Below, one piece after another: positions 59,046 to 62,986 of a stretch of DNA of 62,986 nt (its first letter is position 1; the number at the start of each line of letters is the position of its first letter). The notes below the pieces were generated by a model, which searched no databases, was not told the DNA's origin, and was given only the letters and a program-made list of their open reading frames with translations. Source of the stretch: Poseidonia sp. GTDB taxonomy: Archaea > Thermoplasmatota > Poseidoniia > Poseidoniales > Poseidoniaceae. The position numbers were made by a program, and so were the translations under genes. The stretch is taken from contig JAUREO010000004.1 of assembly GCA_030827365.1 (NCBI GenBank), forward strand, positions 1 through 62,986, given 5' to 3'.

Positions 59046-61706
59046 ATGGAACCTCTCGACCCTTTTCAAGCCCGTAAAACTCTTGAGGTTGGCGGTGATT
59101 ATTTTGCCATAAACCGGCTGGACGAAGTTGGAATTTCGACCCAACATCTCCCTTATTCCATGAGAATTTTACTCGAAGGAGCGATGAGAAATTGCGATGG
59201 TTTTCTTATCAAGGATGAAGATATTCGAACCATCGCTGGATGGCAAGCACAAGGAGAACGAGTTGAAATCCCATTTCGCCCCTCTCGTGTCATTCTTCAA
59301 GATTTCACTGGAGTTCCTGCTGTTGTGGACCTTGCCGCTCTCCGTGATGCCATGGTTGAACTAGGTGGCGACCCTTCAAAAGTCAATCCTCAGGTTCCTG
59401 TCGATTTGGTCATCGACCATTCAGTTCAAGTTGATGTTTCAGGTGCAAATGATGACGCTCTTGCTCTGAATCTTGACATTGAATATAATCGAAACCTAGA
59501 ACGTTATACCTTCCTCAAATGGGGGCAGCAGTCACTTTCAAATTTCCAAGTCGTTCCACCAGCACGAGGTATCGTTCATCAAATCAACCTCGAATTTCTT
59601 GCAAGTGTAGCACGACAAGAGTCAAACATATGGCTCGCAGACACGCTCGTAGGCACAGATTCTCACACGACGATGGTCAATGGTCTTGGTGTTCTTGGAT
59701 GGGGTGTTGGTGGCATTGAAGCAGAAGCTGTAATGCTCGGCCAACCCATTTACATGCTCTCCCCAGATGTTGTTGGTGTTCGTCTCACTGGGGCCTTAGG
59801 GCAAGGTGTAACAGCCACAGACATGACCCTTCGAATAGTTGAGATCCTTCGAGAATTGGGTGTTGTTGGTAAATTTGTCGAATTTTTCGGCCAAGGTATC
59901 AAGCATCTCAGTTTGGCCGACCGAGCCACCATTGCAAACATGGCTCCAGAATATGGTGCAACCTGCGGGTTCTTCCCAGTTGACGAGCGCACGCTCGAAT
60001 ACCTGTCCTTGACCGGTCGTGCCCAAGCATCCATTGCAGGCGTTGAAGCCTACTCGAAAGCTCAAGGGTTGTGGTATGATGCTCAAGCTCCAGAAAAGCA
60101 CTACACCACCTTGCTCGAACTGGATTTGGCGACCATTAGACCCTCGCTCGCTGGGCCAAAGCGCCCACAAGATCGAGTTGATTTGAGTGCAATGAAGCAG
60201 CACTTCAACGAGTCACTCACCAATACACTTGGCCTCCATGGTCACGGACTATCAAAAGAAGACCTCTCAAGGAGTGCTATCGTTCCAAATGATGGTGCAA
60301 TGTACGATTTGAATCATGGAGACGTGGTCATCGCTGCAATAACGTCATGCACCAACACCTCAAACCCTAGTGTCATGCTCGCAGCAGGTTTGTTGGCGAG
60401 AAAGGCAAGGCAACGAGGTTTGGATGTCAAGCCTTGGGTCAAAACATCGCTTGCACCTGGTTCAAGGGTGGTTACTGAATACTACAAGGCCACTGGACTT
60501 GATGAAGATTTGAGTGCCCTCGGCTTCAACGTCGTAGGTTACGGTTGTACCACCTGCATCGGTAACTCTGGACCCTTACCTCCTGAAATTGAATCAGCCA
60601 TCGACGAGGCAGGTCTCATCGTCGGCTCTGTTCTTTCTGGAAATCGAAACTTCGAGGGGCGAGTGCACGGTAAGGTGAAGGCATCCTATCTCGCAAGTCC
60701 GCCTCTTGTAATTGCCTATGCCCTTGCTGGAACGCTTGATATTAACCTCGACACCGATGCACTCGGAAAGGATTCAGAAGGGAATGCTGTGATGCTTGCG
60801 GACCTATGGCCTTCGAATGAAGAAATCAACCAGGCCCTCGCAACCATTACTCCAGAAATGTTTCATGAGCGATATTCCGATGTGATGAATGAACCACGAT
60901 GGGATGCTATTCCAGCAACATCAAGCCCACTTTATCCTTGGGAAGAGACATCGACATACATTCGATTACCTTCATTTTTCCAAGGCTTATCGACAAAACC
61001 TGACCCTATATCACCCATTGATGGGGCAAAGGTCTTACTCAAATTAGGTGATTCGATTACCACAGACCACATTTCACCAGCAGGTTCGTTCCCAGCAGAC
61101 GGTCCAGCAGGAACATGGCTTCAAAACAGAGGTGTTCAAAAGCGCGATTTCAATTCGTTTGGTAGCCGTCGAGGTAACCATGAAATCATGATGCGAGGAA
61201 CTTTTGCTAATGTTCGAATTCGAAATCAAATGGCACCTGGCACAGAGGGTGGTTTTGCTTTCAACCATGATACTGGTGAAATCTGCAGTGTGTATGACGC
61301 TGCTCAAATTTCTTCGCCCAAAATCGTACTTGCTGGAGAACAATACGGGACAGGTTCGTCAAGAGACTGGGCTGCGAAGGGGACCTATTTGCTTGGTGTC
61401 AAGGCAGTCATAGCACAATCGTTCGAACGCATTCATCGTTCAAACCTCGTCGGCATGGGCGTTTTGCCACTGACCTTCCTCGATGGAGAATCCCATGAAA
61501 GCCTCGGTCTTGATGGCTTTGAATCCTACTCTATCCCAATTACTGACGATGTTGAACCTTTACAATCGATTGATATTGTTGCAACGAAAAACGATGGTAC
61601 CATCAAAGAATTCAAAGCAGTCATTCGTCTTGACACACCCGTTGAGGTTGAATACTACAGGAACGGTGGAATCCTCCATACGGTCTTAAGGCAACTTGCA
61701 GCATGA
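59046..61706 (+). CDS. acnA: Aconitate hydratase AcnA
   Basis: LPYSMRILLE, QDFTGVP, DLVIDHSVQVD, GTDSHT, AAITSCTNTSNP, GYGCTTCIGNSG, SGNRNFEGR, TTDHISPAG, YGTGSSRDWAAKG. Confidence 0.98.
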   Translation: MEPLDPFQARKTLEVGGDYFAINRLDEVGISTQHLPYSMRILLEGAMRNCDGFLIKDEDIRTIAGWQAQGERVEIPFRPSRVILQDFTGVPAVVDLAALRDAMVELGGDPSKVNPQVPVDLVIDHSVQVDVSGANDDALALNLDIEYNRNLERYTFLKWGQQSLSNFQVVPPARGIVHQINLEFLASVARQESNIWLADTLVGTDSHTTMVNGLGVLGWGVGGIEAEAVMLGQPIYMLSPDVVGVRLTGALGQGVTATDMTLRIVEILRELGVVGKFVEFFGQGIKHLSLADRATIANMAPEYGATCGFFPVDERTLEYLSLTGRAQASIAGVEAYSKAQGLWYDAQAPEKHYTTLLELDLATIRPSLAGPKRPQDRVDLSAMKQHFNESLTNTLGLHGHGLSKEDLSRSAIVPNDGAMYDLNHGDVVIAAITSCTNTSNPSVMLAAGLLARKARQRGLDVKPWVKTSLAPGSRVVTEYYKATGLDEDLSALGFNVVGYGCTTCIGNSGPLPPEIESAIDEAGLIVGSVLSGNRNFEGRVHGKVKASYLASPPLVIAYALAGTLDINLDTDALGKDSEGNAVMLADLWPSNEEINQALATITPEMFHERYSDVMNEPRWDAIPATSSPLYPWEETSTYIRLPSFFQGLSTKPDPISPIDGAKVLLKLGDSITTDHISPAGSFPADGPAGTWLQNRGVQKRDFNSFGSRRGNHEIMMRGTFANVRIRNQMAPGTEGGFAFNHDTGEICSVYDAAQISSPKIVLAGEQYGTGSSRDWAAKGTYLLGVKAVIAQSFERIHRSNLVGMGVLPLTFLDGESHESLGLDGFESYSIPITDDVEPLQSIDIVATKNDGTIKEFKAVIRLDTPVEVEYYRNGGILHTVLRQLAA

Positions 61707-62407
61707 TGGAATTTGGTGAAAAAATGAGTCGTCTTCTTGGAGTGGTGAGGTACAGATTCCATTCCGAAGATGATGATATTGAGATTCTTATCGAAGGCGA
61801 AGCATCATGGGTTGAGGAGAAAGTTGAGGAATTGGGATTGACTGGTGTTGGGTGGTATACTCCTGTTGCCTTCTCCGCTCAAGCAACCAACATTTCTTCT
61901 GTGACCTCAAGGAAATTACTTGATGGGGAAATGGATGAAGATTTTGAACCTGAATTTTCTTCAAACGAACCTCCAACCGATATGGGGCCAGAACCAGATC
62001 CTACTCGCATACCCGTTGTTCGTCGTCCGATTGGGGAATTAAATCTCAATGAAGCTATTTCACGTCTTGAGTTGGGTCAATACGAACGACCTGACCCCAT
62101 AGCATTGATGGAGGCTCTCGAGGACATCGAAAAACCAGAACCACTACATGGCATGATGAGTGTCGACCCAGAAGCAGAGGCATGGTTGCGTGCTTTGATG
62201 GGCATTGTTGTCCGAGAATTTGGAGCAAGTGGTTTGCGAACAGAAGACATCGAAGAAATCGCAAGTAAACATCTCGGTGGCAGAGAGGGTGTTGAACTCG
62301 AAGTTTTCCTTGAATCGCTGTTTAGTGCGGGAAAACTCGTGAAAATCCATGGTGGTGATGCGATTGGTTGGGGCCCTTCACCAAAATGGCTGGGTGGCCG
62401 GATTTGA
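61703..62407 (+). CDS. Acidic hypothetical protein, possible C-terminal winged helix; 4-nt overlap with acnA
   Basis: 234-aa open frame with genome-typical composition; C-terminal LRTEDIEEIA...FLESLFSAGKLVKI...IGWGP. Confidence 0.75.
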   Translation: MMEFGEKMSRLLGVVRYRFHSEDDDIEILIEGEASWVEEKVEELGLTGVGWYTPVAFSAQATNISSVTSRKLLDGEMDEDFEPEFSSNEPPTDMGPEPDPTRIPVVRRPIGELNLNEAISRLELGQYERPDPIALMEALEDIEKPEPLHGMMSVDPEAEAWLRALMGIVVREFGASGLRTEDIEEIASKHLGGREGVELEVFLESLFSAGKLVKIHGGDAIGWGPSPKWLGGRI

Positions 62408-62515
62408 CGGATTTTTCCGTTGTTATTTTTTATCGAAATCAAATCACTGTGTTGTTTTTCCTTAAACCTAAATGCAAAGGCATTATAGTCAAACAGGTAT
62501 TCGGCGAGGTTAGTG

Positions 62516-62986
62516 ATGACTATGGCTCTTAAAAATCACGAGTTAAATGAAAAATTACGAAGCATATCCCTTGTCATGTTGATGTTGTTGTCGACAACAC
62601 TTGCCATTGCAGGAACAGCGAGTGCCTCACAAGCAAGAAATTATACCACGAACAGAGACCCTGCTGAAATTGCCATTGGGGATTTCGATTGTGATGGCTA
62701 CGACGACATGGCTGTTGCTACGGATGGTACTCATTCATTCACCATTTTGTGGAATGATGGAAATGGCGATTTTAGTGAACGTCAAGATATCTGGGTCGCA
62801 GGTAATCAGAGCCGTAACGCCGATTGGGATGAATTCGCAAATGTCGAAATGGTCGAAGTTGGTGAATTCACAGGAGACTCAGCCCCCGACATCGTGATTT
62901 ATCAAAAGAACAACCCATTCAAGCAGAATGATCAAGGTCTTCCCGCGGGAGAGCCAGGGAACATCACCATCATTGAGAACGATGGT
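62516..62986 (+). CDS. Secreted FG-GAP/VCBS-repeat protein, 3'-truncated by the window edge
   Basis: Not in the ORF track. Hand translation MTMALKNHELNEKLRSISLVMLMLLSTTLAIAGTASASQA...IAIGDFDCDGYDDMAVA...VGEFTGDSAPDIVI is open to the end; GAGGT upstream; start at 62516 or 62522. Confidence 0.88.
   Translation, partial: MTMALKNHELNEKLRSISLVMLMLLSTTLAIAGTASASQARNYTTNRDPAEIAIGDFDCDGYDDMAVATDGTHSFTILWNDGNGDFSERQDIWVAGNQSRNADWDEFANVEMVEVGEFTGDSAPDIVIYQKNNPFKQNDQGLPAGEPGNITIIENDG

Noticed and set aside
1133-62897. The many 60-210 aa ORFs nested in or antisense to long genes (e.g. 20148..20786, 47588..48202, 29826..30383, 33597..33824, 62601..62897)
   Set aside because: Each overlaps a longer motif-bearing CDS and shows no family signature; low-complexity ones simply mirror coding repeats.

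Overview
This is a gene-dense chromosomal segment of an archaeon, most likely Marine Group II Euryarchaeota (Ca. Poseidoniales, Thermoplasmatota). The assignment is an inference from an archaeal-type tRNA-Gln (A1:U72), TrmB and Lrp-type regulators, Rqc2/NFACT, a PGF-CTERM sorting signal, TATA boxes 22-29 nt before start codons, giant acidic FG-GAP/TSP3/PKD surface proteins and many bacterial-type enzymes. About 43 CDSs and two tRNAs (Phe-GAA, Gln-CTG) can be supported. Two edge-truncated genes are missing from the ORF track: a Taw2/TYW2-like gene at <1..664 (-) and an FG-GAP protein at 62516..>62986 (+). I saw no CRISPR array, integrase, transposase or prophage. The best candidate for an undescribed system is a divergent light/oxidative-stress locus at 15286..25234. 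The left arm is ribA, a degenerate peroxiredoxin, a TrmB regulator with a V4R-like C-terminal domain, a UbiB/ABC1 kinase, crtI and crtB. The right arm is a Nudix hydrolase, a class II CPD photolyase and an SRPBCC-epimerase fusion. A 78-bp gap holds both promoters, and a TTGT-N6-ACAA palindrome brackets the rightward TATA box. Other notable items: an acidic lipoprotein with a PGF-CTERM anchor and four minimal two-cysteine LDL-receptor-class-A-like repeats; an integrin-alpha-like FG-GAP/TSP3 membrane protein followed by an EF-hand/(QQQPQQW)5/zinc-ribbon protein; an M29 aminopeptidase homologue that has lost most metal ligands; a bacterial-type RNase PH beside tRNA-Phe; and a surface arylsulfotransferase-rhodanese pair. 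All family calls come from visual motif recognition; no database searches were run.
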